A stretch of DNA of 64,000 nucleotides from Octopus vulgaris (taxonomy: Eukaryota): NCBI GenBank assembly GCA_951406725.2, contig OX597827.1:28582001-28646000 (forward strand). Reading direction: 5' to 3'. Positions 1-12,930 of this stretch are shown here, one piece after another. Positions within the stretch are counted from its first letter, which is position 1; each line of letters begins with the position of its first letter. The position numbers and the translations under genes are program-made. The notes beneath the pieces are model-generated. The model saw only the letters and a list, made by a program, of their open reading frames with translations, ran no database searches and was not told the DNA's origin.

Positions 1-480
1 CCTTGTTTCACTCCTACTCCTCCGCCTTCTCCATTTTCTTCTTTTTCTTCATTTTCTTTCTTTCTTCTCCACTTCCTCCTTTTTCTTCTTCTTCTATTAC
101 TACTGTTGCTGCTGCTGCTACTACTACTACTACTACCACTACTACTCCTTTTTCTTCCGCTCTTTTGCTTCTCGTTCTCCTTTTTCTCCTCCTCCTTTCG
201 TTCTCCTCCTCCCCTCCTTCCCCTTCTTACTTTTGTTTTCTTTCTTTTTCTTTTATTTTTTCTGCCTGTTCATCATCGTCTTGACCATCTTCTGTCTTTT
301 CTTCTTCTTCTTCTTCTTCTTCTTCTTCTTCTTCTTCTTCTTCTTCTTCTTCTTCTTCTTCTTCTTCTTCTTCTTCTTCTTCTTCTTCTTCTTCTTCTCC
401 TTCTTCTTTTTTTCCTCATCCTCCTCCTTCTCCACCTCCTCGTTTCTCTGAGTGTTTTTTGTTGTTGTTTCTCTTTTTTA
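1..480. repeat. Pyrimidine-rich low-complexity tract with (CTA)n and long (TTC)n
   Basis: Pure TTC run at about 299-397; source of the poly-L/F/K ORFs. Confidence 0.95.
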
Positions 481-891
481 TCTCATTGAAAGATTCATCT
501 GTAAAATTATCTTTCAAGGAAGAGGAACTTTGACAAGTGTTGCCGAGAAATATCTCACGTTTCATTTGCCAGTTGGATTAGTGTAAAGAAATGATGATAA
601 ATGGATACGTGTTGTTAGTTTTATGATTAGCAAAGGACATTTCGATCAGTTTTCTTTCCACATTTAACTTGTGATTTTACATTAAAAGCCGCGACTGCGA
701 AATTGAGAAAATGAGGAATTGCGAGTTGGCTGAATGGTGGAAAGGACGAAGGACCGTGCGGTAGGTCGGTCGGTCGGTCGAACTGATAAAGTGTTTGATA
801 TGGTTGGCGCTTGCAATCACTACTCTGAGGCCTTGCGAGTTCTTTCAAGATGTTGAAACGCTTACAGTATCTTTCTTTCTTAGTCCCTGTC

Positions 892-1027
<136 letters not shown>

Positions 1028-2160
1028 TGGCACCGCGAGTGTCGCGTTGCTCTCAAGCAACTATGCCGTCCCGGGTCGATCTTCAGTGACTTCAACACAA
1101 CCCAAGCATTCTATAGGGGATTAGTGGAGGGGAGGTACGACGACGAGCTCGGGGCGAACCTGGACGTCGACGAGGAATACCTGACCCGCCTGTTCAGGAC
1201 GACTTTCGGGCCAGGGCCCATGAACAACTTCCAGAGATCTCTGGCCTGGCAGTGCTACCGAGAAGCGCTACCCGTTCGGGATAAGCTCTACAGACACGGC
1301 TCGAGAAACATGGGGCCGACCTGCCTGAGATGCAGTCAGAGCGACGAAACCGTTCTACACGCACACGTGCAGTGTCCAACGATTTCCGACCTGTGGGCTT
1401 ATGTCGAACAACTGCTGTCACGTGTGGGACGAGTCGGTTTATCAGCCGAGTCTATCGTCAATATTGTCACGTCTCCTTCCTTCAAACGGGAAGGAAGAGC
1501 TATTTTCATCATCCTTGTGGCTATGGCTAAAGAATGTATATGGTGGACGCGTCTGAAAGGATTGGAGACAAACACTTTCCTCTCTGGTCAACCTCACATC
1601 AACTTCTCGAAGTACCACTTGAAAAGGAAAGTGAGAGTAGAGAGGCAAGTTTTGTCTAGCGAACGTTTTAAAAAAAGATGGGTGAATGTAGCAAGGATGG
1701 CACGTATGAATGACGAAGCCACCTTGAGCATAATCCTATGAACCCGGAAATTGAAAACAGAGGGTTACCCACTTGCGAACAAATGTGGTAACATATAACA
1801 ATATTAACCAAGGTTACCGTGGTCTTTTTCGTAGGCTTTTCTTCCCACGGATAAACCTTACTTGCTTTCCCCTTTACACCATGCATCATGACACTGTGAT
1901 ACACGATCCCTATTGATCGTTTTCTTTTTCTCTTCCCCTTTTTTTACCTCTTTTTTCTTCTTTTTCATGTTTCTTTTCCTTTGTTCCTTTTCCTTTTCCC
2001 TTGTTTCTTTTTTTCTTTTCCTTTTTTTTGTTCTTTTTCCCCTTTTAGGATCCCTTTTGATCGAAAACCCACGCCACCCTTTTTTTTCATCCCCCAAAAG
2101 AAAAGCTCTACCTTGTAACTTGTCCCATCTGTGTGCAGCCCTGTGTGGCCAATAAAGAAG
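1028..2160 (+). mobile_element. 5'-truncated Tx1/L1-type LINE, copy A (C-terminal zinc-knuckle region plus 3'UTR)
   Basis: ORF 1124-1741 with CLRCSQSDETVLHAHVQC (zf-RVT-like); colinear with 4081-5177; ends AATAAAGAAG then (TATC)n. Confidence 0.9.
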
Positions 2161-2161
2161 C

Positions 2162-2198
<37 letters not shown>

Positions 2199-4785
2199 CA
2201 CACAGTCAGCTACACGGATCACAAATTCGTGACGTGTACGCTAGACTTAGATAAGGCACATACACAGGGTCCTGGTTACTGGAAACTGAATGCATCATTC
2301 CCGTACAGACAAGTTTTCAGAGACAGAATCAACACGTTAGTAAAAAGGGCTTTAACGGGAGCCATTGTCAACAACAAATGGTGGTTCGCCCTCAAGAGAG
2401 CAGTAAAAGCGGAAGCAATAAGATATAGCAAGGCACTAGCCGTAGATAGAAATAGAGTAGAGGGTGAGTTAGTTAAGAAGTTAGAAGAGGCAATAAGAAG
2501 CGGCATCACACCCGACGTTTTTGGCAGCAAGGTTGGCCCTTGACCAACACTTCAACGCCAAACACGAAGGATGTGCTGTCAGGGCTAGGATGCGGGTTCT
2601 AAGGATGGAAGGTGTTGGAGCCGCAAGGGAGGCCCGGGTGGCGGAGGCGCAGCAGGACAACAAAGCCACCATTCGGTCTCTGGTAGATGAACAAGGGCGC
2701 GAATTGCTCGAGCCCAGCAAGATGTGCGAGACATTTCAGCGGCATTTTGCCCGACTGTACGGCGGCGGATGTGCGGGACGCGATTTGTCGAGAGACAAAT
2801 CGCCGGGTTTGGATGCTCTGCCCTACGAGTTTTACAATTGTATGCCAGACTTGTTTGGAGACGTCTTGGCAGCGATATACTGCAACTAGCAGCAAGACGG
2901 GAGCATACCCGGTTTTGTGAGTCGAGGAGCTGTAACACTGCTGAAGAAAGATCCAAACAAGGGGAACATTATAGATAACTTTAGGCCAATCACTCTGCTC
3001 AATGCAGACCTGAAAATTTTGACAAAGGTGTTAGCCAAGAGGTTGGCGCTTGTCATCGAGAAACTGGTCGACAATGCACAAACGTGCGCCGTGCCGGGCC
3101 GGAGCATCCATGACAACCTCCATCTGATGGGCTACATCATAGACAGGGTAGTTAACGAACCTGGCATGGGTGGGGCCCTGATCAACTTGGATCAATCGAA
3201 AGCCTTCGATAGGGTAGACCATCGATACTTGGAGGTAGTCCTGAGAGCGGCTGGTTTCGGTCCCGTCTTCCGCGGCTGGATAGCTGCCTTGTACAGAGGC
3301 ATCCGTTCGGTAATTCGCGTAAATGGACATCTGTCGAGACCTTTCGACATCGCACGTTCGGTCCGTCAGGGATGCCCCCTCTCGTCGCTTCTATACGTAT
3401 TGACACTTGAGCCACTACTGCGGAAGCTGGCGACTCTGAGGGGCATCCCGCGAGAATTGGGATGCGGGACGAGCGTGTCTGCATACGCGGACGACGTCAC
3501 CGTCATAGTGTCAAGCCACGAGCACATCGAGCGGGTCGGCGAGACACTGAAAGACTACGAAGCGGTGACAGGAGCAAAAATCAACCGGGAAAAGTCAGTG
3601 GGCTTGCGGCTCGGCACCTGGAGAAGAAAGCCCATGCCGTCCACCAGTACCTCCGTCGTGGGACGCTGGACAGACGACCCGGTTGAGTTGCTCGGGGTCT
3701 GGTTCGGTCCGGACCTCCAAATTGAGAAGAACTGGAACGAGATAACGAGTAGGGTGGTCACTCTCGCCCAGCAATGGGCCGAGAGGAAACTGTCCCTAAA
3801 AGGTCGGGCTGAAATGGCGAACACGTACATCGCGTCCATCATCTACTACCGCCTGACCGTCGTACCTTGTCCCGATCCATTTGCTGTCAACACCCGTTAA
3901 AAGGAGGGCTGCGCATGCCGTGGTTGATGATGCGCAGACACGCGCTGAGACTGCGACATCTCCGGCTCTATGTAGACGACGGTGAACAGGTGTGGTCGCC
4001 GTTTGTGAGGCACGCATTCCCGCAACTCGTCTCCATGACCGAACTGCAGTCGTGTCAAAAAGAGGCCGAGGAAGGGCGAATGGCACCGCGAGTGTCGCGT
4101 TGCTCTCAAACAATTCTGCCGTCCCGGGTCGACCTTGAGTGTCTTCAACACAACCAAAGCATTCTATAGGGGATTAGTGGAGGGGAGGTACGACGATGAT
4201 CTCGGGACAAACCGGGGCGTCGACGAGGAATACCTGGCCCGCCTGTTTCAAACGACTTTCGGCCCGGGACCTACGGACAACTTCCAGAGATCCCTGGCCT
4301 GGCGGTGCTACCAAGAAGCGCTACCCGTTCGGGATAAGCTCTATAGGCATGGCTCGAGAAACACGGGGCCTACCAGCCCGAGATGCGGGCAGAGCGACGA
4401 AACCGCTCTGCACGCAACCGTGCAGTGTCCAGCAATTTCCGACCTGTGGGCTTATGTCGAACGACAGCTGTCACGTGTGGGACGTGTCGGTTTATCAGCC
4501 GAGTCTATCGTCACGCCTCCTTCCTTCAAACGGGAAGGAAGAGCTATTTTTATCATACTTGTGGCTATGGCGAAAGAATTTATCTGGTGGACGCGCCTGA
4601 AAGGATTAGAGACAAGCACTTTCCTCTCTGGTCAATCTCTCATCAACTTCTTCAAGTATCACTTGAAGAGGAAAGTGAGAGTAGAGAGGCAAGTTTTGTC
4701 TAGTGAATGTTTTAAAAAAAGATGGGTGAATGTAGCAAGGATGGCACGTATGAATGACGAAGCCACCTTGACTATGATTCTATGA
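2199..4785 (+). pseudogene. Disrupted LINE ORF2 (endonuclease end, reverse transcriptase, zinc knuckle)
   Basis: Motifs KSPGLD, NFRPITLLNADLKI, LDQSKAFDRV, SVRQGCPLS, AYADD; broken by stop 2887-2889, frameshifts and apparent internal deletions near 2770 and 3875. Confidence 0.9.
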
Positions 4786-5177
4786 ACCGTAAAAATTAAT
4801 ACAGAGAGTTGCTTATTTGCAAAAAAATAAAAATAAAAAAGAAATATAACATGTGACTTCATTGGCCGAGGTTACCGTGGTCTTTTCCTTAGGCTTTTCT
4901 TTCAATGGGTAAACCTCACCTGTCCTCCCCTTTACACTTCATATTGACATTTCTGTGATTACGATCCCTATTGATCAACTTTTTCTTTCCTCTCCCCTTT
5001 TCTTTTTTTCCCTCTCCCCCCCTTTTTTTTAAATCCTCCCCTTTTTTTCCTCTTTCTTTCCTTTTACGATCCCTTTTGATCGAAAACCAACCCCCTCATT
5101 TTTTACCCCCAAAAGAAAAGCTCTACCTTGTAATTTGTTCTGTCTGTGTGCAGCCCTGTGTGGCTAATAAAGAAACA
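2199..5177 (+). mobile_element. 5'-truncated Tx1/L1-type LINE, copy B
   Basis: End of APE endonuclease (YTDHKFV..GPGYWKLNAS), RT domain, zinc knuckle, 3'UTR ending AATAAAGAAAC then (TATC)n. Confidence 0.92.
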
Positions 5178-5250
<73 letters not shown>

Positions 5251-5313
5251 CGTCATCTACCTATCTATCTACGTCTCTATCTGTCTATTTGACTGTCTAT
5301 CTATCTATCTATA

Positions 5314-5354
<41 letters not shown>

Positions 5355-5383
5355 ATCTATCCATCTCTCTCTCTCTCTATCTT

Positions 5384-5434
<51 letters not shown>

Positions 5435-5474
5435 ATCTCTCTATCTTTCTATCTATCTATATATCTATCTATCC

Positions 5475-5530
<56 letters not shown>

Positions 5531-5730
5531 GTCTATCTATCTATCCATCTGTCTATCTATCCATCTGTCTATCTATCTATATGTCTGTCTCTCTGTCTGT
5601 CAGTCTGACTATCTTTCTATATATCTTTCTATCTATCTATTTATCTATCTATCTTTTTAACTATCTGTCAGTCTGATTATCTATTTATCTATATATCTGC
5701 TATTCTGACTATCTATCTATCTACTACCCA
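5178..5730. repeat. Long degenerate (TATC)n tract
   Basis: Direct reading. Confidence 0.95.
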
Positions 5731-7090
5731 CCTATCTAACTTTAATTTGTCCAACCGTCTTTGACGGTGACAAAGGGCGGGGAAGAAGGTAGGGTGAAGT
5801 GGATATATCGATAGCCAGAAAAAAGGAAACAGGGTGTTTCTAGAGAAGAGCTTAATATGGTGACAGTAGGAGGAAATATTGATAGAAATAAAAACATCTG
5901 AATGAGCACGACTGAGGAGTGATGAGTAGAAAAGATAGAAAATGCACAAAACTTGGAGGGATGAATATAGATACATAAATAGATAGAGACTAGGGAGTTA
6001 GTAAGTATGAGGGCCATAAAGAAAGAGGGAGAAGATGGGGGGGAGACAGAAAGACAAATGGAAAGGCTGTGAATAGATCGAGCTCAAAATGACAGATAGG
6101 AATGGTGAGATGGGGAGGGAGTGATAATGTGCATATGACAGAAGATGGAGAGTAAACACAGGAAAAGAGCTGGAGGGAGAGAAAGGATGGGAAAAACAAG
6201 AGAAAGAGAGGGAGAGGGAGAATGAGAGAGGCTGAGTAGAAAGATAATGTATTCTAGTAATAGGTAGATTATCTCCCTGAATTACATCACAATGTTTTAA
6301 AATCACACATATGTAATTCTGTATGCAGCATTGCTGAAAGAAAAATCGATGGCATGGTCACGGATGGAATATTTGTTATCATTGATGCCTGCTCGATCAC
6401 GGTTGGCTTAGAGCAAAACAACAACGCGCACTGAAGCTCAAATAATATTTTTTTACTTCTTTTCAGCGGGAAAATAGAAATGAAAATAGATAAAAAATAA
6501 ATAGATATTTTTAAAAAAACAAAAAAAAATCTGAACAATTCTCTGGGATGTAGAAAACGTCAGAAAATAATTAAGGTATTTTTTGACTAGAAGGAAGAAA
6601 CTCCTTTTAAACAATTATGTTTATGGCTGAAGGCAAAATTTTTATAATTGAAGCGCGTCCGGTAAAGAAAGGAAAGTTTTAATTCTGTGATAATAAAGAT
6701 AACGCCGACGGCACCCATTCAGTGGAGTAACAACTTTATCAGGGCTGAATTTTCTCAGAAATCTGTTTTACCTGAGGCAATTTTGCATCGACTGGCATTG
6801 AAAATAAGCTTTATTTTCTCTTGAATTTTATTAGCAGATACATACTCAGTTATCACGTATTTAAGTAACAGTTGATACCGAGAACCAGAGAGGCAGAAAA
6901 AACCAACGTATTTATCATTCTGACTATCACACACACACACACGCATTCCTTTTTTGAAACTCTCTTGCTTTTAAAAACCTTAATTCGACTACCTCTCAAC
7001 GTCTGTTCTTTCAACATGTGATCTCTTGAGCACCACCAGCTCAAATATTTTTTCCTCTGTCTTCCCTTCTTGGGATCTTTCCTTCTCCTT

Positions 7091-7125
7091 GTTTCCGACG
7101 AAGAGCTCCGCTCGAAACGTTAAAC
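7091..7125 (+). ncRNA. Minimal type I hammerhead ribozyme motif (C4 variant) in a PLE-like terminal fragment at about 6985-7228
   Basis: GTTT CCGACGA A GAGC-tcc-GCTC GAAA CG TT/AAAC: stem I GTTT:AAAC, stem II GAGC:GCTC, palindromic ACGT stem III. Confidence 0.75.
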
Positions 7126-7224
7126 CCTCCTTCCCTTCTTTCCTGAGCGTCACTAATACTTTAATTGTTCCACGTCCTGCGTTGCTGTGTTTTTTTCTCT
7201 TTTTTTCTGTTTTCTTGTTTGGAT

Positions 7225-7262
<38 letters not shown>

Positions 7263-7265
<3 letters not shown>

Positions 7266-7382
7266 GCACAGGGGTGAGGCTGTTGTAAGAAGCTTGCTTC
7301 CCAACCACATGGTTCCGTGTTCAGTCCCACTGTGTGGTATCTTCAGCAAGTGTCTTCTACTATAGCCTCAGCCCGACCAAAG

Positions 7383-7385
<3 letters not shown>
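7263..7385 (+). mobile_element. tRNA-derived SINE family B, 5' part
   Basis: Matches the head of the copies at 23184-23588 and 43307-43680. Confidence 0.8.
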
Positions 7386-7439
<54 letters not shown>

Positions 7440-7440
7440 G

Positions 7441-7484
<44 letters not shown>

Positions 7485-7755
7485 TTCCAGGGTAGAAAAA
7501 ATTTATAAAATTTCTTTGCTACCAGTAGTCGAGCGAGAAGAAAAACTAGTCAATAGACTATATATTATCATTCATATAAAAATACAGTAAATTGTTTTAT
7601 TTGCTGAAACCATGGTACAGGAAATAGAAGGTAAATATTTTTATTTTTCATTCCCTGTCGAAACTACCCCTAATAGTGGTTTGGAGTTTAACTACTACTT
7701 CTAGCGAGTCAGATGTCCTGCTGTGTCTATCTCTTACGTGTTTAAATATACACTG

Positions 7756-7792
<37 letters not shown>

Positions 7793-8586
7793 GTGAATTT
7801 CTCCGTAACATCCCGTTTCTGGACCTTCCTTAACAAAATCGACGGAATCCACTTCTCGCGTCACGTTATTGCAATAACTGGTTAATGTTACTTCGTCTTT
7901 GTATTTTGATATATTAGCTGGTTAGATAGTTAAATATCTGACTATCAATAAAGAAGTGATATACAACCAGTGCGTGAATTGATTATTATTGGCATACCGA
8001 CCCACCCCAAATAAAATAAAATGGTTAATGTTACATTTCTGGCAATGCTGTATGTGTATTTATTTTTCAAAACTTTTTTTTTTCATATTCTATCAAATAC
8101 TTTACGTCCATATAGTAACATTTATAATTTGAATTATTCTTCCTCAAACTGCAATCAATGTCGTGTCTATGCTGTTTTCTTAAATGTCTACTTTCGTACA
8201 GTTTTACTAATTTGTAGACCTTGTATAAATATCTGCCCCCATCGTTCATATCGATGAATAATTAAATTTAACTTTTAGCGAAATAGTAAAATTAGATAAT
8301 TTTAATATAATTACAAATGTGTGAAATTTTAGTGAGTGCCAAAGAAGGCAGATTTAATATGGGGTAAGAGCTCAGAAGCAATTACTGCTCGAAGCCGTAT
8401 TATATCACATATTTCTTCAATGCTCTTAGGAGAAAACTAAACATTATTACCGTTCGAATTTCCATCTTTAAAATGTTCTCTTTTAAATGACAAAAAAAAA
8501 AAATCATGAAAAAAATCGAAATTGAAATTTATTTAAATTATATTATTTGATTTCTATGATAACATTATGAAATTGCAAGTGACCAG

Positions 8587-8672
<86 letters not shown>

Positions 8673-8673
8673 G

Positions 8674-8736
<63 letters not shown>

Positions 8737-9169
8737 AATACACACATATATATATACATATATATATATATATACACACACATGTATAGGTCTCTGCGTT
8801 CTCTGTGAATGTTATTGTGACCATTTGACTTTGACCTAGTTCTCCCAACGCTGAATCTGTTCATCAAATAGTAGTAATTGGCATTTAGTTGTGATAATGC
8901 TGTCTTCTACATAAATTCCTTATATGGAGCTATGGTATCTCCTTTACGCCATTTCTATGATTAGAAAATCTTTATTGTCTCTTTTCATTTGTTCTTCTCT
9001 CTCAGAACCTTACAGTAGTCTGGAACAACTGAATCTTAGTCAGTCAGTTGATGGGCTCCACTTCCTCAAATGTTCTTCAAATTTAAATCCACATCTTTGT
9101 CTATGTATCTACCTTCTCTATAATGTTGCCACTTGATATGAAAATTTTTGCATTAATGGAAAACCTCTA

Positions 9170-9262
9170 TAATTGGCTGATGAGTGCTCAGCATTTAAAA
9201 ACTGTTGTAATACTTACAACAATTAATAAAATGGTGTAGTACGAAACGATCGTACCAAATTA
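9170..9262 (+). ncRNA. Type I hammerhead ribozyme motif with canonical core
   Basis: TAATTGG CTGATGA GTGCT...AGTAC GAAA CGATCG TA/CCAAATTA; palindromic stem III ACGATCGT; GUA cleavage triplet. Confidence 0.85.
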
Positions 9263-9392
9263 CCGGAGTCATTCTTGTTGCTTATTTTGATTATAATCAC
9301 CCCACGGATTTTTATGGACAACACCATACAGAATTCTGGTGCATCTAAATTAAGTACCATATTCATTTGAATCTATATATATATATATATAC

Positions 9393-9456
<64 letters not shown>

Positions 9457-9545
9457 GTACACACAAGGGCTGATCAGTTTCATGAGAAACACTACATTCG
9501 GACATACTGAACTGTACTTACTAAAGCCAATTTGCTTATAGATTA

Positions 9546-9614
<69 letters not shown>

Positions 9615-9981
9615 CACACACACTCACACACACAGGCGAGCGCGCGTACTCACACACAGACATAGTCACACACACACAAGTGCACAAGTAGTTTTATATT
9701 TATGTGACTGTATATGCGTCCTGAAATGAAGGTGACCTTTTGCACTTTTATTTTAGGCATTCCTCTATGTGTATGAGAAAGCGTACTTATATCTACGACT
9801 TCCTTTTCTGACAGGCATTGCTTATCTGTTCCTCTGTATGTGTTTATATGTAACATGTTTGCATATCAATTTATTAAATACTGGTAGCTAAACATTCCAG
9901 TCCTTTAAAATTCTGTTCATTAAAAATGAGGAATATTCCATGCAACTAAACTGAAAGAACTCTATTTGTTACTACATTCGT

Positions 9982-10033
<52 letters not shown>

Positions 10034-10532
10034 GCGTGTGCGTGCGTGTGCGTGTGCGTGCGTGTGCGTGCACACACGTATGTTTAGCCTTAGGCAAACG
10101 CTAAATCGTTTTTGATTATCGGCTGCTAAACCGCACTTGTTTTTCTTTGGAATATTCACTGCCTGAATATTTATCAAAAAATAATTCATTAAAGAATGCT
10201 TTGCACTTAGCATTGAGTCTTGTCAGAACAACCGAACTTACTCCCGGCTCCTGTGAAATTCTCCAATTCTATAAAGTAGCAGTTGTCCTGGCATAACCAT
10301 TGTTCAAGTTTGACTACGTAGCTGCATACATAGCCTCTGAGGACATTGACGTGTTCATTATTATTGTTATTGTTTTAACCTCCACCCCACAAGACAACCC
10401 GTCACGAACAGAACTAAAAGTTATGAGTCCAACTGTGGCCATCATGTCACATTTTCAAATAGAATGAACCCCGGATGCATAAAGCAATATATCTTTGCTC
10501 TTTTGAAATGTTTTTTTTTTCAAAATACAGTA

Positions 10533-10897
10533 CAGTCATACCTCGCAGTACGAGTTTAATTTGTTCCATGACCGATCTCGTCTTACGATTTACTCGTTTT
10601 ATAAATCAATTTTTCCCTATTGAAATAAACTAAAATATAATTAATCCGTTCCGGCTCCCAAAAACTACTCCAAAATAATTTTTTATGGGTTTTGAAACAG
10701 GAAGGGTGTAGTTACAAGTAAAATGATAATTATGAAAATGAGGATGCAAAAGAAATATGTAAACCTAAAAGATGGGACGATTTGTTTGCTCGTACTGCGG
10801 ACTTCCGCTCGTACTTCAAAACATAAATTCGCACGTTTCTTGGCTCGTAAAACAAATTACTCGTACAATGGGGCACTCGTACTGCGAAGTTTTACTG
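10533..10897. mobile_element. Tigger/pogo-type MITE
   Basis: TIRs CAGTCATACCTCGCAGTACGAGT and ACTCGTACTGCGAAGTTTTACTG, TA on both flanks, no ORF. Confidence 0.8.
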
Positions 10898-11386
10898 TAT
10901 AGTGTGAATTTATGAAATTTTACCTGTTATTTGTATTAGATGAAATGACCATACAGATGCTCCGCTGTTTTCTTCAAAAGTCAGACGTTGTTGAAAGCAG
11001 AATTGGAGTTAAATAATAGACAAATATTTTCATTTTATTTTGTTTTGTTTTTGGTTCTCTATTTAGTCGGGAGAAAATACAGCATCCTTGACCTTCATAG
11101 GGACTCTGAGTCTACTGGGAAGTAATTCGATATCGTAAATCGATTGACATAACTTGACTGACAGCTTGCAAGTGAGGAGATCCCGCAAAGGGTACATGAA
11201 GTGTCAGATGGTGCTGCTAAACCCTTCACTCACGGATAAAAAAGTAAAACTATTTAAACAATTTTTATTTCAAATTTATACCAAAGTAAGGTAAATACCA
11301 CATATCGAATATACTTTTAAAGAATTCAATATTCAATAGGCTTGATTTTAGGCATGGATAAGTAAAAAAAATTCCAATCTACTTAC

Positions 11387-11417
11387 ATCTGAGAGATTTA
11401 CGAGAAGAAGCAGCCAT
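11387..11417 (-). CDS. Candidate first coding exon (MAASSRKSLR) of an unidentified host gene
   Basis: aagATGGCTGC start context, 31 nt open frame, then donor GTAAGT (11386-11381); promoter-type motifs just upstream; no downstream exon confirmed. Confidence 0.3.
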
Positions 11418-11480
11418 CTTCTATGACTTGTGAGCAATCACTGAGTCAGAGTCACGTGGTTTTGGTTATATACGCGTGTT
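11410..11480 (-). promoter_or_regulatory. Candidate promoter motif cluster
   Basis: YY1-like GCCATCTT, TGAGTCA (AP-1), GTCACGTGG (E-box) and ACGCGT within 70 bp of non-repetitive DNA. Confidence 0.3.
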
Positions 11481-11843
11481 AGAAGTGTCCAATGAATTGG
11501 TAGCTGTGACCCCGCTTAATTATAATTTATATATATTTTTTTTTGTAATTTAAGCTGAAAAATTGTCCATTACATTAGATAAAGTGACAGAAGGTGTTAA
11601 AGTGGGTGACGGAATATGTCTACCAGGTAGGTCATGGTGAGATTTGAACACAAAAGGCAAAAAATCGGAATAAATAATGCAAAGCATCCACTCTGATATT
11701 CTCAAAACCCAGCCGATACTCTGTCCTGGATCGGTGAATTTTTACCGAATGTGAAATGGTGACATTCAGAGTTGAGATCGGTAAGATTTGAACTCAGATC
11801 ACCGAGTGTCAGAATACATAGAGCACACTTTTCTATCCATAGA

Positions 11844-11894
<51 letters not shown>

Positions 11895-11899
11895 ATGCA

Positions 11900-12039
11900 T
11901 GTACTTATTCTTTGTAAGCCTAGTAATTATTCTATCGGTTTTCTTTTGCCGAACCGCTAAGTTATAGGGACATAAACACGGCAACATCGGTTGTGAAGCG
12001 ATGATGAGGAAACAAACATAGATACACAAATATATATAC

Positions 12040-12085
<46 letters not shown>

Positions 12086-12263
12086 GTATATATGTATGTA
12101 TACGGCGGGCTCCTTTCAGTTTCCATCTACCAAATCCACTCACAAGGCTTTGGTCGACGCCCGAAGCTATAGTAGAAGACACTTAACGAAGGTTCCACGC
12201 AAGTGGGACTGAACCTGGAACCATGTGGTTGGGAATCAAGCTTCTTATCACACAGCCACACCT
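11900..12263 (-). mobile_element. SINE family B
   Basis: Minus-strand head GTGGCTGTGTG..GGTTCAGTCCCAC, body GTGAGTGGATTTGGTAGA, internal (TA)n. Confidence 0.85.
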
Positions 12264-12319
12264 CTGTGTTTGTGTGTGCGTGTGTGCGTGTGTGTGTGTG
12301 TGCGTGTGTGTGTGTATGT

Positions 12320-12367
<48 letters not shown>

Positions 12368-12886
12368 AACGTTGAATACAGTAAAGAAACCATTGGATGT
12401 ATTAAATTCAAGGACGGTTATTTTTCTCAAATTTTAGAAAATCTTATTTTATGTTCCTTCGCACTTTTCCCTCCCGAGGTCAATTATTTCCCCCGTTTCC
12501 CCATATTCTTTCCCTAATAATACATCTCTGCAAACAATTTGCCTTTCGTTTTTTCTTATTCTTTTTCTTTTTACGAAAAAGTTCTCAATTTTTCCTTTAA
12601 AACCATCAAGAAATTGGGAAATAACCACACCGCTAATATCTATCTATCTTGCTTGTCTCTGGCATGATTTCATGCCAGCAATCGATATATTGCAGCGATT
12701 GTCTTAGATTTATACCTTTTCGGTTCAGCCAACTGTAAAATTTCTGGCTGGATGTTTGAATAACTAGCAGAAAATTACACCAGACAGTAATTTCTCCTTG
12801 GAATCGCATCCACTTTATCAATCGAAGCAAAATGGACAATATAAAATAAATTCGCGCATAGACTTACACAAACACACCGAAAAGAA

Positions 12887-12930
<44 letters not shown>

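Noticed and set aside
7586-7622. Half hammerhead AGTAAAT..ATTTGCT GAAA CCATGG TA
   Set aside because: The CUGANGA strand and a stem I partner are missing upstream.
10242-10340. Second exon for the 11417 start
   Set aside because: Donor present, but the candidate acceptors give in-frame stops in phase 1.
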